Origin: Sedimenticola sp.
GTDB lineage: Bacteria > Pseudomonadota > Gammaproteobacteria > Chromatiales > Chromatiaceae
Direction: 5' to 3'
Assembly: GCF_050289425.1 (NCBI RefSeq)
Contig: NZ_JBNKFS010000005.1
Span: 88,475-152,474, forward strand
Length of the DNA: 64,000 nt
Under the pieces are notes generated by a model. It was not told where the DNA came from, ran no database searches, and worked only from the letters and a program-made list of their open reading frames with translations. Below, one piece after another: positions 52,056 to 62,488 of the stretch (position 1 is the first letter of the stretch; each line of letters starts with the position of its first letter). The position numbers and the translations under genes are program-made.

Positions 52056-53524
52056 TTTGTGGCCGGTTGGTTATGGTCCCAGTGGGGATGGGATATTGAG
52101 ACCACTCCCTCTTCTATCAGGTTGTCCAGGGTTTGCTGCCACAGGGTCACGACCGCTTTCGGGGTGGTTCGGGAAAAAGCAATATAAAACGCCGTCTTAC
52201 GCAGCGTCAGGACGGGCTTTACCTGGTCGAGCGAGTAACCGGCTTTTTGGATTACCTGGGGTGCGTATAATGAGCCGGCGGCCCATAGCTGGATGCGGCC
52301 TGCCATTAGATTACGCACAGCGGCGTCCGGGGCGCCATGACGATACAGATTGGTAAAACCCTGTTCGGTAAGGAACTGCTCATCGGCATCGTCCTTGTAG
52401 GTACCGATACTCTCCGCTTGCCGTGCATCATCGAGTCCGTTCAGCCTGTGCCCGAAATCCTGGCGGGCATAGAGCATGCTGTGGTTCCTGCCGACCGGGC
52501 CGGCCCACTGAAACAGCGGTTCGCGTTTTTCACTTCGAACCGTGGAAAAGAGCGCCATATTGGGCATCTCCAGGGTGAGCTTATAGGCCCGGGACCAGGG
52601 CATCACCTCAATGGCCTGCGTCATGCCCAGGCGCTGCTTGATCTTGCGTATGATCTCGACAGAGAGTCCCATCAGTTTGCCGTTATCACGGTAGTTCAGA
52701 GGGGGTAAATCTTCGGTCAAGAGGTGTAGCTGGTCGAGTGCCGTATGCGTGGTCGCCGACATGGGCGTCTCAGACGGTGGGGTTTGACCGGGTAACCATC
52801 GCTCAAAGATGCGTTGAAACGTCCCGTCTCGATGCATGGCGGTCAGCGCCTTTTGCCAACGTTCGACGACTGCGTCGTCGGTCTGCTTCGAGAAAGCGAT
52901 ATAGAGATAGTTGGTTTTTACCACCAATACCGGTTCGATCTTTCTCGGGTCCTCGCCACTTTGCTGCACGACTTGATAGGCGGTCAGGTTGGAGTCAAGC
53001 CAAAGATCGACACGCCCTTCCAGCAGCTTGCGGGCACAGCTTACCAGTTTGGGTGAGCTGTCCAGGTTGGTGAAACCCTGTTCTTCCAGAAACTGTTCGC
53101 GAGCATCGTCTCGGTAGGTGGCAATACTGCCAACCTGGCGGGCATCATCCAGCGTCTTGAGGGTGATAGTTGAGCCGCGTTTTTTATAGAAAACGTAACT
53201 GAAGGGGGCCAGGGGGCCCACCCACTTGAATTGTGTCTCCCGCTCTTCGGTTCGGGTGGTAGAGAACAGGACGACGTTTGGTTCTTCCTGGGCGGCCCGA
53301 TAGCCGCGTGCCCAGGGTAGGGACTGGATTTCATCCTGTTGCCCGGTGCGGCGCATGATTTCCCGCACCATTTCCACGGAGAGGCCAGTGAGCCGGCCAT
53401 TTTCGGTGAAGTTCAGTGGTGGTAACTCTTCGGTCAGTACCCGCAGCGGTTGTGCCGGGGATTGGCCGGCTGTCAGCAACGGCAGCAGTACGGCTGTCCA
53501 GTAGAACCACTTTGGAAAACGCAT
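52052..53524 (-). CDS. Exported protein with two tandem family-3 substrate-binding domains
   Basis: Signal peptide; duplicated LTE(E/D)LPPLN..G.L.GLSVE, PW.R, RE..F.W.GP. Confidence 0.88.
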
Positions 53525-53682
53525 AGCGCATCTCCTCGTGACGGTAACGGATGGCGTGGTGTTTGCCTGTGCCAGTGTTTCTGTACTGCAATAAAGAAAT
53601 GTGACACGGTCCTCTAAGTGGGTAGCGGTTAAGTGGATCCATTCTTTAGATGATTTCTACACGGGTGGCTCGGGTTTGATGT

Positions 53683-53733
53683 CGATGGCCCCCACTCCGC
53701 CCGCCGTCCCGGCGGGCGGAGTGGGGGCCATCG
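53683..53733. repeat. Perfect 24-bp inverted repeat with 3-nt loop
   Basis: CGATGGCCCCCACTCCGCCCGCCG-TCC-CGGCGGGCGGAGTGGGGGCCATCG. Confidence 0.9.
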
Positions 53734-53855
53734 TGAACGGAGCAGGCTTGGGATGGCACCGCTAATGGGGGTTCTGTGGTACCCTTACCACCTGCAGGAT
53801 GCAGCCGGCATGCTTGGATGCTGCTTACTGTCATACCTAGCTGAATAAACTGATT

Positions 53856-54569
53856 ATGATTGCATCGAACTTACTGGAACAGATCCCTCTTTTTTCTGAT
53901 ATGACCCGTCAGGAGCTGGAGCAGGTTGCCCGGCATACGGAAGAGCTGACGTGCAACAAAGGGAGTTATCTCTTTCATGAGGGCGACAAGGCGGACCATC
54001 TCTATGTGTTGTTGAGCGGGTTGGTGCAGATGACGGCCAAAGGGCCTGAAGGGCAACATACCGTGATAGAGATTCTCTATCCGGGCGATTCATTTATTCT
54101 GGCTGCGGTGATTACCCATAAACGGTTTCTGATGTCGGCGGAGGTGGTGAAAAACTCACGCGTGTTGAAGATTCCTGGCGAGGAGTTGATCGAACTGATC
54201 CGCCACGGCGGGGATTTCGGACTCACCATGATGGCCACGCTCTCTACCCAATTCCGTTCCATGGTCAGGCAGGTGAAGAATCAACGGTTGCGCACCACCG
54301 CGCAACGGGTGGCCGCATTCTTGCTGGATCTGGCCTATGACCAGGGGCGTGGGGAAAACTGCATTACGCTCCCGCATAGTAAAAAGATGTTGGCGGCCCT
54401 GCTGGGTATGTCCCAGGAGGGGCTTTCGCGTACTTTCACGGCGCTCCGGGAACAGGGAGTGGTGATCGATCATAAACAGGTCCAGATAGAATCGATGATA
54501 AAACTGCGTCGGTTTTGCGGGTTCAGCAACAAACTGGATGCATCGGACCGGGTCAGCCCCAAGGATTAA
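53856..54569 (+). CDS. Crp/Fnr-family regulator (Dnr/NnrR/FixK-like)
   Basis: cNMP-binding fold (LFHEGD..LYVLLSG), QRVAAFLL, HTH LGMSQEGLSR; no N-terminal FNR Cys cluster. Confidence 0.88.
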   Translation: MIASNLLEQIPLFSDMTRQELEQVARHTEELTCNKGSYLFHEGDKADHLYVLLSGLVQMTAKGPEGQHTVIEILYPGDSFILAAVITHKRFLMSAEVVKNSRVLKIPGEELIELIRHGGDFGLTMMATLSTQFRSMVRQVKNQRLRTTAQRVAAFLLDLAYDQGRGENCITLPHSKKMLAALLGMSQEGLSRTFTALREQGVVIDHKQVQIESMIKLRRFCGFSNKLDASDRVSPKD

Positions 54570-54722
54570 TCATCGCGAATCAGTAAGTTGCCTGATTCGT
54601 GTCCGATACAAGCTTTCTTCAAGTCTTATTGTCACAAGCCGCTACCCTTTCAGTTACTGCGATTTCCAACTGTGTACGGTCATGGTCCGATCTCAGGCGG
54701 CGGCTTGAGCGATGGTAATTAA

Positions 54723-57700
54723 ATGAATAGAAGTGGTGAACGGATTAGAAGGAGCGGTTTCCCGACACGCTTACAGGCGTTCCTACTGCTGTGTCTGCTT
54801 ACCTTATCGACCCCGCTACTGGCGGCAGAAAAGTCCCATCAGATCCGCTTAACCGATGAAGAGCGGGCGTGGCTGGCAAATCACCCGGTTATTCGCGTCG
54901 GGCCGGATCCCGACTACAAGCCTATCGAATTTTTTACCCCCGATGGCGATTATCAGGGGTTGGCGGCCGACTACCTGAAACTGCTGTCAGAGCGGTTGAA
55001 GATTAAATTCCAGATAGTCAGGTCGGATAACTGGGATACCGTGGTTGAACAGGCGAAGCAACGCGATATCGATATGTGGAGTGCCGCCAGCCCTACCCAA
55101 CAGCGTCTCGAATACATGGATTTTACCCGGCCGCTGGTAACGTTTCCCGCCGTGATCCTGGTGCGTAACGGGGTGGCGCAGGATTTGACGCCGGGTGATT
55201 TGCGGGGTCTGAAAGTGGCAGTGGTCTCCGGCTATGCGATCCACGACTATATGCTGGCGAAATATCCCGGTTTGCAGCTGGATCCGACACCGGACGTGCA
55301 GACCGCCCTGCGCAAGGTTTCATTCGGTATGGTGGATGCCATGGTCTCTGATCTGGCGACCTCCACTTACTACATGGAACAGGAAGGGATTACCAACCTG
55401 CGCATCGCTGGCAATGTCGACTATACCTATCAATTGGCCTTTGCGGTGCGTAATGACTGGTCGCCGTTGCGCGCTATCCTGGACAAGGGATTGGCGGCGC
55501 TTGAACCAGATATACATAAGGAGATATTCAGTCGCTGGATCCGCGTGACGCAACAGGGTTGGAAGCCCGACTTGCCGTTTTATCTCTGGTTGTTTCTGTT
55601 TTTACTGACCCTGAGCGTGGGCGGTGGCTTTATCTGGAATCGTACCTTAAAGCGGGTAGTCGTGCAGCGCACGCAGCAACTGAATCGGGAGTTGCAGGAG
55701 CGAAAAAAAACCGAGGCGGCGCTGGTTATTCGTGATCGCGCCATTGCCGCGGCAAGTAACGGCATTGCGATTGTCGATCCTTCCCGGCCTGACAACCCAT
55801 TGGTCTATGTGAATGCCGCCTTTCAGCGCATCTCCGGCTATTCGCATGATGACTTGTTGGGACACGGCTGCCCCTTTTTGGATGATGCGCCGGAAAACCG
55901 GGAGGCGGTGGCGTTGATTCGCGACGCGATCAATCTGGGTCTGGAGTGTCGTGCCGAACTGTACAGCAAACGCCCGGATGGCAGTTGCTACTGGAATGAG
56001 GTTTTTCTCTCCCCGGTACATGACGGGGAAGGGAAACTAATTCATTTTGTCAGTATCAACAACGATATCACCCAGAATAAAAAGAGCCAGGAAGTGGTGA
56101 GCGATATCGCCATGGGTGTCTCCGCCGCCACCGGTGAGGATTTTTTCGAACAACTGGTTTCCCACCTCGGTGAAGCACTGGGGGTTAGCTACGTGCTGAT
56201 TGGTCAACTGGCCAACGGCAGCGAGGAAGAGATTAATACCCTGGCGGTTTGGGCCTTGGGCGAGCGGGCGGAGAATTTTACCTATAGTCTGCATGACACG
56301 CCCTGTGGAGGCGCTATCCAGGGCGGCCCCTGTGCGTTCCAAGGGGACTTGCAGACACGCTTTCCGAAAGACCGCTTACTGCAACAAATGGCGGCGGAGA
56401 GCTATGTGGGATTACCACTGAAATCTTCCGACGGGCGCGCATTGGGCTTGCTGGCCGCGCTGGATGTAAAGCCGCTGGAAAATACCGGTTACATCATGTC
56501 GATGTTGACCATATTTGCCGCACGTGTGTCAGCGGAACTGGAACGACAGCATGCCGATCAGGCGCTTAGAACCAGCGAAGAGCACTACCGGGTACTGTTT
56601 GAATCTGCCAACGACGGCATCCTCACCATGGAGGACGGTCTGTTCACCAGTTGCAACCATAAAGTGGAAGAGATCTTCGGTTGCCCAAAGAGTGAAATTA
56701 TCGGATATAGCCCGATGAAGTTTTCTCCCCCCATGCAACCGAGCGGGGCGGATTCAAGTCGGCTGGCCCAAACCCACATTGCCACCGCCCTGGCGGGTAC
56801 GCCGCAACTGTTTGAGTGGCTGCATCAACGGCTGGATGGGACCCCGGTTTACACCGAAGTCAGCCTGAACCGGATCTATCACGAAGGATCGATGGTGTTG
56901 ACGGCCCGGGTTCGTGACATTTCCGAGCGCAAGCTCCGGGAAGAGGAAGTCCGACTGGCCGCCAGTGTGTTCAATGGTACAACCGAAGCGATAGTGATTA
57001 CGGATGCACGGGGCGTCATTCTCCAGGTGAACAGAGCCTTCAGTGATATCACCGGTTTCACGCCGGAGGAGGCAATAGGCAAAACTCCCCGTATACTGCG
57101 ATCCAACTACCACAACGATGCCTTCTATCAAACTTTCTGGGATAACTTAACCCGGGCTGGCGGCTGGCAGGGCGAGATTTGGAATCGGCGCAAGAATGGA
57201 GAGGCGCACCCTGTCTGGCAAAACATTTCGGCCATTCGCGATGCGGCCGGCGATATCGTTCAGTACATCAGCATCTTTTCCGATATAACCGATAAAAAGC
57301 TATCCGAGCAGCGAATCGAACATTTGGCGCATTATGATGTGCTGACCGATTTGCCCAATCGGGTACTGTTTACCGAACGCTGCGAACATGCACTGAGCCG
57401 GGCACGGCGGGAAGGACATCAGTTGGTGGTAATGTTTCTGGATCTGGATCGCTTTAAACATATCAATGACAGCTTGGGTCACCCGGTAGGGGATCGACTG
57501 TTGCAACAGGTCGCGGACCGTCTGATTAAGCTAATCCGTGAAGAGGATACCGTCGCCAGATTGGGCGGTGATGAGTTTGTGGTGGTGCTGGAAGATGTGA
57601 CCGATACCCACGTTGTAGCGCCCATCGCCGAAAAATTACTCAAAGCCTTCAATGAACCGTTCAATCTGGATGAGAACCAGCTGCATATCTCTTCCAGCAT

Positions 57701-58634
57701 CGGCATCGCTATCTTCCCGACCGATGGTCAAGATGTGACGACACTGGTACGGAATGCCGATGCAGCGATGTATCGGGCCAAGGAGAGTGGCCGTAACAAC
57801 TACCAGTTCTATACCCGTGAAATGACGGTATCCGCAAACGAACGGGTGTTACTGGAGAACAGCTTACGCCAGGCCGTCGAACAGCAGCAATTGGTACTGC
57901 ACTACCACCCGCAGTATGTACTGGACGGCGGTCAACTGGTCGGCTACGAGACATTGGTCAGGTGGCAGCATCCTGAAATGGGGTTGGTTGCACCGGATCG
58001 GTTTATCCCGTTGGCGGAAGAGACCGGTGTCATTCTGGCACTTGGAGAATGGGTGCTGAGAAAGGCCTGTTTCCAGGCCAAGGCTTGGTTGGATGCGGGC
58101 TACCAATTTGGCAGCGTGGCGGTAAATGTCTCGGGTAGTCAGATTGAACGGGGAAATATTGTCGATCTGGTGAAACAGGTGCTGTGGGAGACCCATTTGC
58201 CGGCACATTTACTGGAGCTGGAGATTACGGAGAATTTTATTATTCAGCATGCAGAGCAGGCGATCAGCACTCTGGACGGCTTACGTGATATCGGCGTCTC
58301 TCTGGCTATCGACGACTTTGGAACCGGTTATTCTTCACTGAGTTATCTCAAGCGTCTACCCATCAACAAATTGAAGATCGACCGTTCGTTTGTCCATGAC
58401 ATTCCCGACGGGAAGTTTGACACGGCTATTACCCGAGCGGTGATTGCGCTGGGTAAGGGACTGTCGCTACGGGTGATCGCCGAAGGAGTGGAAACTCCGT
58501 CGCAAAGAGACTTCCTGTTGGCGGAAGGCTGCCACGAAGCGCAGGGCTTTCTCTATACCGAGCCGCTGCCTGCCGAAGAGTTTGTCGTTAAAATGCGGGC
58601 GTCCAGCTCAGCCGGCGCCACTCAAAACGGATAG
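54723..58634 (+). CDS. Membrane GGDEF-EAL protein (SBP-TM-PAS-GAF-PAS-PAS-GGDEF-EAL)
   Basis: BvgS-like periplasmic domain, PAS repeats, RLGGDEF, ETLVRW, IDDFGTGYSSL. Confidence 0.93.
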   Translation: MNRSGERIRRSGFPTRLQAFLLLCLLTLSTPLLAAEKSHQIRLTDEERAWLANHPVIRVGPDPDYKPIEFFTPDGDYQGLAADYLKLLSERLKIKFQIVRSDNWDTVVEQAKQRDIDMWSAASPTQQRLEYMDFTRPLVTFPAVILVRNGVAQDLTPGDLRGLKVAVVSGYAIHDYMLAKYPGLQLDPTPDVQTALRKVSFGMVDAMVSDLATSTYYMEQEGITNLRIAGNVDYTYQLAFAVRNDWSPLRAILDKGLAALEPDIHKEIFSRWIRVTQQGWKPDLPFYLWLFLFLLTLSVGGGFIWNRTLKRVVVQRTQQLNRELQERKKTEAALVIRDRAIAAASNGIAIVDPSRPDNPLVYVNAAFQRISGYSHDDLLGHGCPFLDDAPENREAVALIRDAINLGLECRAELYSKRPDGSCYWNEVFLSPVHDGEGKLIHFVSINNDITQNKKSQEVVSDIAMGVSAATGEDFFEQLVSHLGEALGVSYVLIGQLANGSEEEINTLAVWALGERAENFTYSLHDTPCGGAIQGGPCAFQGDLQTRFPKDRLLQQMAAESYVGLPLKSSDGRALGLLAALDVKPLENTGYIMSMLTIFAARVSAELERQHADQALRTSEEHYRVLFESANDGILTMEDGLFTSCNHKVEEIFGCPKSEIIGYSPMKFSPPMQPSGADSSRLAQTHIATALAGTPQLFEWLHQRLDGTPVYTEVSLNRIYHEGSMVLTARVRDISERKLREEEVRLAASVFNGTTEAIVITDARGVILQVNRAFSDITGFTPEEAIGKTPRILRSNYHNDAFYQTFWDNLTRAGGWQGEIWNRRKNGEAHPVWQNISAIRDAAGDIVQYISIFSDITDKKLSEQRIEHLAHYDVLTDLPNRVLFTERCEHALSRARREGHQLVVMFLDLDRFKHINDSLGHPVGDRLLQQVADRLIKLIREEDTVARLGGDEFVVVLEDVTDTHVVAPIAEKLLKAFNEPFNLDENQLHISSSIGIAIFPTDGQDVTTLVRNADAAMYRAKESGRNNYQFYTREMTVSANERVLLENSLRQAVEQQQLVLHYHPQYVLDGGQLVGYETLVRWQHPEMGLVAPDRFIPLAEETGVILALGEWVLRKACFQAKAWLDAGYQFGSVAVNVSGSQIERGNIVDLVKQVLWETHLPAHLLELEITENFIIQHAEQAISTLDGLRDIGVSLAIDDFGTGYSSLSYLKRLPINKLKIDRSFVHDIPDGKFDTAITRAVIALGKGLSLRVIAEGVETPSQRDFLLAEGCHEAQGFLYTEPLPAEEFVVKMRASSSAGATQNG

Positions 58635-58652
58635 AGCTCCGGCTCTAGGATA

Positions 58653-60263
58653 TCAGTCGTTACCGAGAATCGGCAGGGCGATACGGAAGGTGGTACCTTG
58701 CCCCGCCTCGGTGACATAATTGAGGTCGCCGCCGTGTTTTTTAACGACGATATTGCGCGTGATGGAGAGGCCCTGGCCGGTACCTTTACCCACCTCCTTG
58801 GTGGTGAAGAAGGGCTCAAAAATCTTGTCCTGGATTGACGCTGGAATACCGCTGCCGTTGTCGCCGATACGGATGATTACCTGATTCTCCCACTGTTGTG
58901 TCTGGATAGTGATGACGCCGGGAGTACCCGGGCCGCGCGCCTCAATGGCATGGGCCGCGTTGACCAGCAGGTTGAGGAACACTTGGTTCAACTCGCCGGG
59001 GTTGCATTTAACGTAGGGTAGCGAGTTATCCAGATCGAGCTCGACCTTGGCCAGGTGTTTCCACTCATTGCGTGCGATGGTCAGGGTGTTTTCCAGCATG
59101 TGGTTGATATCGACAGTCGCCTTTCCGTTGTCTCCGCCTGGGTGGGTGAACTCTTTCATGGCCAGTACAATACGGGATATTTCGGAGATCCCTTTGATCG
59201 ACTGGTCGATGGCTGCCGGCACCTCTTCCAGCAAATAATCCAGATCGATTTCCGCTTTATAGCGATCGATCTGCTCACACGCGGCCTGTTGCGCCGGGCT
59301 GTCGGTCATCTGCTCAATCTGAGTCAAACAGAGATCCAACAATCCGCGAAAATCCTTTTGTGCGTCATGGAGAAATTTGAGATTGTCCCAGACATATTGG
59401 GACGGGGTGTTGATCTCGTGGGCGATACCGCCGGCAAGCTGACCGATCGCTTCCAGTTTTTGTGCCTGATTGAGTTCCCGCTCCAGTGCCGACTGTTGCT
59501 CCTGGGCCTGTTTCAGGTTGCTGATGTCGTAGAGCCAGGCAAACAGTGAGGGTTCGTTTTGGTAGGTGGTCGGATTAAGTGAGATCAGCGCCGGAAAGTT
59601 GCTGCCGTCACGACGTTTGAATTGGGCTTCAAAATCGTTGACCTGTCCCTCTTGCTGGATCTTCCCAAGTATCTCATTACGCGTTTCGGGATGGGTATAG
59701 AGTGTACGGGCCTGTAATCCGATCATTTCACGTACCGGAATCTGGAACATCTCGGCCAGCCGGGTATTGAGAAACGAAAGTTTTCCATCGCTCTGACGGG
59801 AGATGCCAAACCCGGCCGGACTGGCTTCGATAACACTTTTGAGGAACGCTTCGTACTGCTCTTTTTCCGTTATATCGGTGTAGGTGGTGACAAATCCACC
59901 GCTGGAGAGCGGGCTGCCGTCGATCTGCAGGATGGTGCCGTTGGGTCGCTGGCGTTGGAAACTGTGTGGCTGGAACTGCTTGGCCAAGATTACCCGTTCC
60001 TGAACTTGGGTGCCGATATCGCCGGGACCATACTCTCCCCGTTCCGCATTATAACGAAACAGCTCGTCCAGGTTGGTACCCACCTTGATCAAGCCTTTGG
60101 GAAAGTCGAGTAATTCGGAAAACCGGTCATTGAAAAATACCAGTGACAGGTTTTCGTCGAATACACTGATGCCCTGAACCAGATGACCGAATGCATCGCG
60201 TGCAATTTCGACTAGGTAACTCACATCATCCTGTTTATATTGATCAATTGACGGTGTAGCCAC
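58653..60263 (-). CDS. Cytoplasmic PAS_7-PAS sensor histidine kinase
   Basis: RYNAERGEYGPG, AHEINTP, NAAHA, FTTKEVGKGTGQGL. Confidence 0.92.
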   Translation of the reverse strand: MATPSIDQYKQDDVSYLVEIARDAFGHLVQGISVFDENLSLVFFNDRFSELLDFPKGLIKVGTNLDELFRYNAERGEYGPGDIGTQVQERVILAKQFQPHSFQRQRPNGTILQIDGSPLSSGGFVTTYTDITEKEQYEAFLKSVIEASPAGFGISRQSDGKLSFLNTRLAEMFQIPVREMIGLQARTLYTHPETRNEILGKIQQEGQVNDFEAQFKRRDGSNFPALISLNPTTYQNEPSLFAWLYDISNLKQAQEQQSALERELNQAQKLEAIGQLAGGIAHEINTPSQYVWDNLKFLHDAQKDFRGLLDLCLTQIEQMTDSPAQQAACEQIDRYKAEIDLDYLLEEVPAAIDQSIKGISEISRIVLAMKEFTHPGGDNGKATVDINHMLENTLTIARNEWKHLAKVELDLDNSLPYVKCNPGELNQVFLNLLVNAAHAIEARGPGTPGVITIQTQQWENQVIIRIGDNGSGIPASIQDKIFEPFFTTKEVGKGTGQGLSITRNIVVKKHGGDLNYVTEAGQGTTFRIALPILGND

Positions 60264-60440
60264 TTGCCTGCTCCAATCAAGTCCTGTTTTGATAATCGGG
60301 CACCCTGACCTATGGATTCGCTGTCTATTCGACCGCCGCCTGTTTTTTATGACGGTCTGTTTTAGTGTAGACGGCTACTGTCTGTCTATGGCGGTTATTC
60401 GGCATTCCCCTTTAATAAAACAATCTCCCGGGAGTATTCT

Positions 60441-61283
60441 GTGGACCGATATATCGAGACCAATGGCATCAATTTGCACTATCTTGACCATACCGGAACA
60501 GGACCGACCCTGTTGCTGATGCCGGGGTTGACCGCCAATGGCCATGTCTTTGACGGCTTGGTGAGTGCCGGGCTGGTACCGGCGGTCAGGCTGTTGGCGC
60601 TGGACTTGCGTGGCCGAGGTTTATCGGACAAACCCGTATCCGGTTATTCGCTGGCGGAGCATGCGGCCGATGTGATTGGGCTACTGGACAAGCTCGGGCT
60701 GGATAGTGTCATCCTGGGCGGTCACTCATACGGTGGCTTGCTGGGATTCTATCTGGCGGCACACTATCCTCAGCGGGTAAAGAAATTGGTCGTGATAGAT
60801 GCGGCCGCCGAGATGCATCCGGATACTCGGCGCCTGATTCAACCGGCTATCGATCGACTGGGTAAACCGATGCCGTCCTGGGAGAGTTACTTGGCGGCGG
60901 TGAAGGTGATGCCGTTTTTCTATCACTGGTGGGATCCGGCTATTGAGAGTTATTTTCGCGCTGATGTCCGGACCTTGCCGAATGGAGAGGTGATCTCCCA
61001 CTCCACCGCAGGTGCTATCACCGAAGCGGTGGAGCATGTGTTGGCCGAGCCCTGGCGCGAGTTGTTGCCGCGGATCAGCCAGCCGACGCTGCTGCTAAAC
61101 GCCACCGGGGCATACGGTTTGCCGGCTGCGCCTCCGCTGCTGCCTCGCGAGCAGGCGGAAGCGACCGTGGCGGCACTCCAGCAGGGAGTTTATAGGGCGG
61201 TGCCCGGGAACCATATCACCATGTTGTATGGCGATGGAGCGGCGCAGATTACCAAAGAAATAGTCAAGTTCGTGGTGAATTAG
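60441..61283 (+). CDS. Alpha/beta hydrolase
   Basis: DLRGRGLSD, GHSYGG nucleophile elbow, C-terminal GNH. Confidence 0.9.
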   Translation: MDRYIETNGINLHYLDHTGTGPTLLLMPGLTANGHVFDGLVSAGLVPAVRLLALDLRGRGLSDKPVSGYSLAEHAADVIGLLDKLGLDSVILGGHSYGGLLGFYLAAHYPQRVKKLVVIDAAAEMHPDTRRLIQPAIDRLGKPMPSWESYLAAVKVMPFFYHWWDPAIESYFRADVRTLPNGEVISHSTAGAITEAVEHVLAEPWRELLPRISQPTLLLNATGAYGLPAAPPLLPREQAEATVAALQQGVYRAVPGNHITMLYGDGAAQITKEIVKFVVN

Positions 61284-61454
61284 TCGATAAGCTTCCCAAT
61301 CCACATCAGATCAGCACCGGAAGCCGCAGCGAGTGTGCCCGTCAGTTTAGGTGGCAGAACCGGGCAAATGGGATTTAACTACCTTTTTTGTGGGTGTTAT
61401 TTTGATATAAACAGTAGGTTGGCCTGGTCCGATATGAGGGGGATGGGGATAAGC

Positions 61455-62255
61455 ATGAAAGCCAAAAACAATGCGTTAAAAATAGTCTGTCTGATCGCGC
61501 TGCTCAGTCTGCCGCTGGCGATATCTCAAGCCTTGGCGGCGGATATGGCATCGCTGGTCAATACCGCCGGTATGCAACGGATGCTGTCACAACGGGTGAC
61601 CAAGGATTACCTGTTTCTGGGAAGCCAGATCCGTGCTGGAAAAGCTACTCGGCAGTTAAAGGGTAGTGTCGCCCTGATGGTGAATAATCATGAGGTGCTG
61701 AAAAAAGAGGTAACCGATTCGCGGGTCCAGGATTTGTTGAAAGAGATCGACCCCTTGATGGAAAAGATGGTCAAGATCACCAAGTCACCCTATGTGAAGT
61801 TCAATGGGGCGACGATGCTTGAATTGAGTGGAACTCTGCTGGAGTTGAACCAGGCAGTTGTGAAGGAGCTGGAAGGGAAGCAGGCTGAAAAAGCCGTTGA
61901 GGCGGTCAATGTGGCGGGACGCCAGCGCATGTTGTCACAACGTATCGCTATGTTTTATGCCGCCCACCAGGCCGGGTTCAAGAGCGACTCGACCGTGGCG
62001 GAGATGAAGCAGGCGGTGGAAGAGTTCGAGGCGGCGCATGCCAGACTGGAAAAGAACAGCCTGAACTCGGATAAGATCAACCGCGAGCTGAAGGGCGTTG
62101 AGAACTTGTGGAAGACCATTCGGCACTATTTCACCGAGAGTAGTGAGGCCGGTTTCCCGGTGACCATTTTCGTCACTACCGATGACATCATGAAACGGAT
62201 GAACACCATTACACTCCTGTACGTCAAAGCCTATTGGGCATCCAAGAAGCAGTAG
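61455..62255 (+). CDS. Exported protein with two PilJ/NarX-like (P-box) domains
   Basis: Signal peptide; VNTAGMQRMLSQR and VNVAGRQRMLSQR. Confidence 0.82.
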   Translation: MKAKNNALKIVCLIALLSLPLAISQALAADMASLVNTAGMQRMLSQRVTKDYLFLGSQIRAGKATRQLKGSVALMVNNHEVLKKEVTDSRVQDLLKEIDPLMEKMVKITKSPYVKFNGATMLELSGTLLELNQAVVKELEGKQAEKAVEAVNVAGRQRMLSQRIAMFYAAHQAGFKSDSTVAEMKQAVEEFEAAHARLEKNSLNSDKINRELKGVENLWKTIRHYFTESSEAGFPVTIFVTTDDIMKRMNTITLLYVKAYWASKKQ

Positions 62256-62280
62256 CCAAACCATTCCCTCCAATGTTCTA

Positions 62281-62309
62281 GGGAACCTCTGGTTAAGTCA
62301 GAGGTTCCC
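62281..62309 (+). terminator. Hairpin downstream of the NarX-like gene
   Basis: GGGAACCTCTG-GTTAAGT-CAGAGGTTCCC; no U-tract. Confidence 0.45.
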
Positions 62310-62451
62310 CAGCCATCCCGTTATGTGGCGCGCCAGGCTTACCTCGGTGATCCGCCGTTAGCGCTAATCGTTTCAAATCAACCCACAGCCGATTGCTGAC
62401 CGCTGTTACAGTAGGTTTTTTGCCCCCGTTTGATAGGTTATGCTTGCCCGG

Positions 62452-62479
62452 TGGTAAGGATTGGTAAGGATTGGTAAGG
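62452..62479 (+). repeat. 10-bp tandem repeat (TGGTAAGGAT x ~2.8)
   Basis: TGGTAAGGAT TGGTAAGGAT TGGTAAGG just before the panE-like RBS. Confidence 0.8.
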
Positions 62480-62488
62480 GGGATCCGG

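Noticed and set aside
57940-57966. ETL instead of EAL as an inactive phosphodiesterase
   Set aside because: ExL variants are common and the DDFGTGYSS loop is intact
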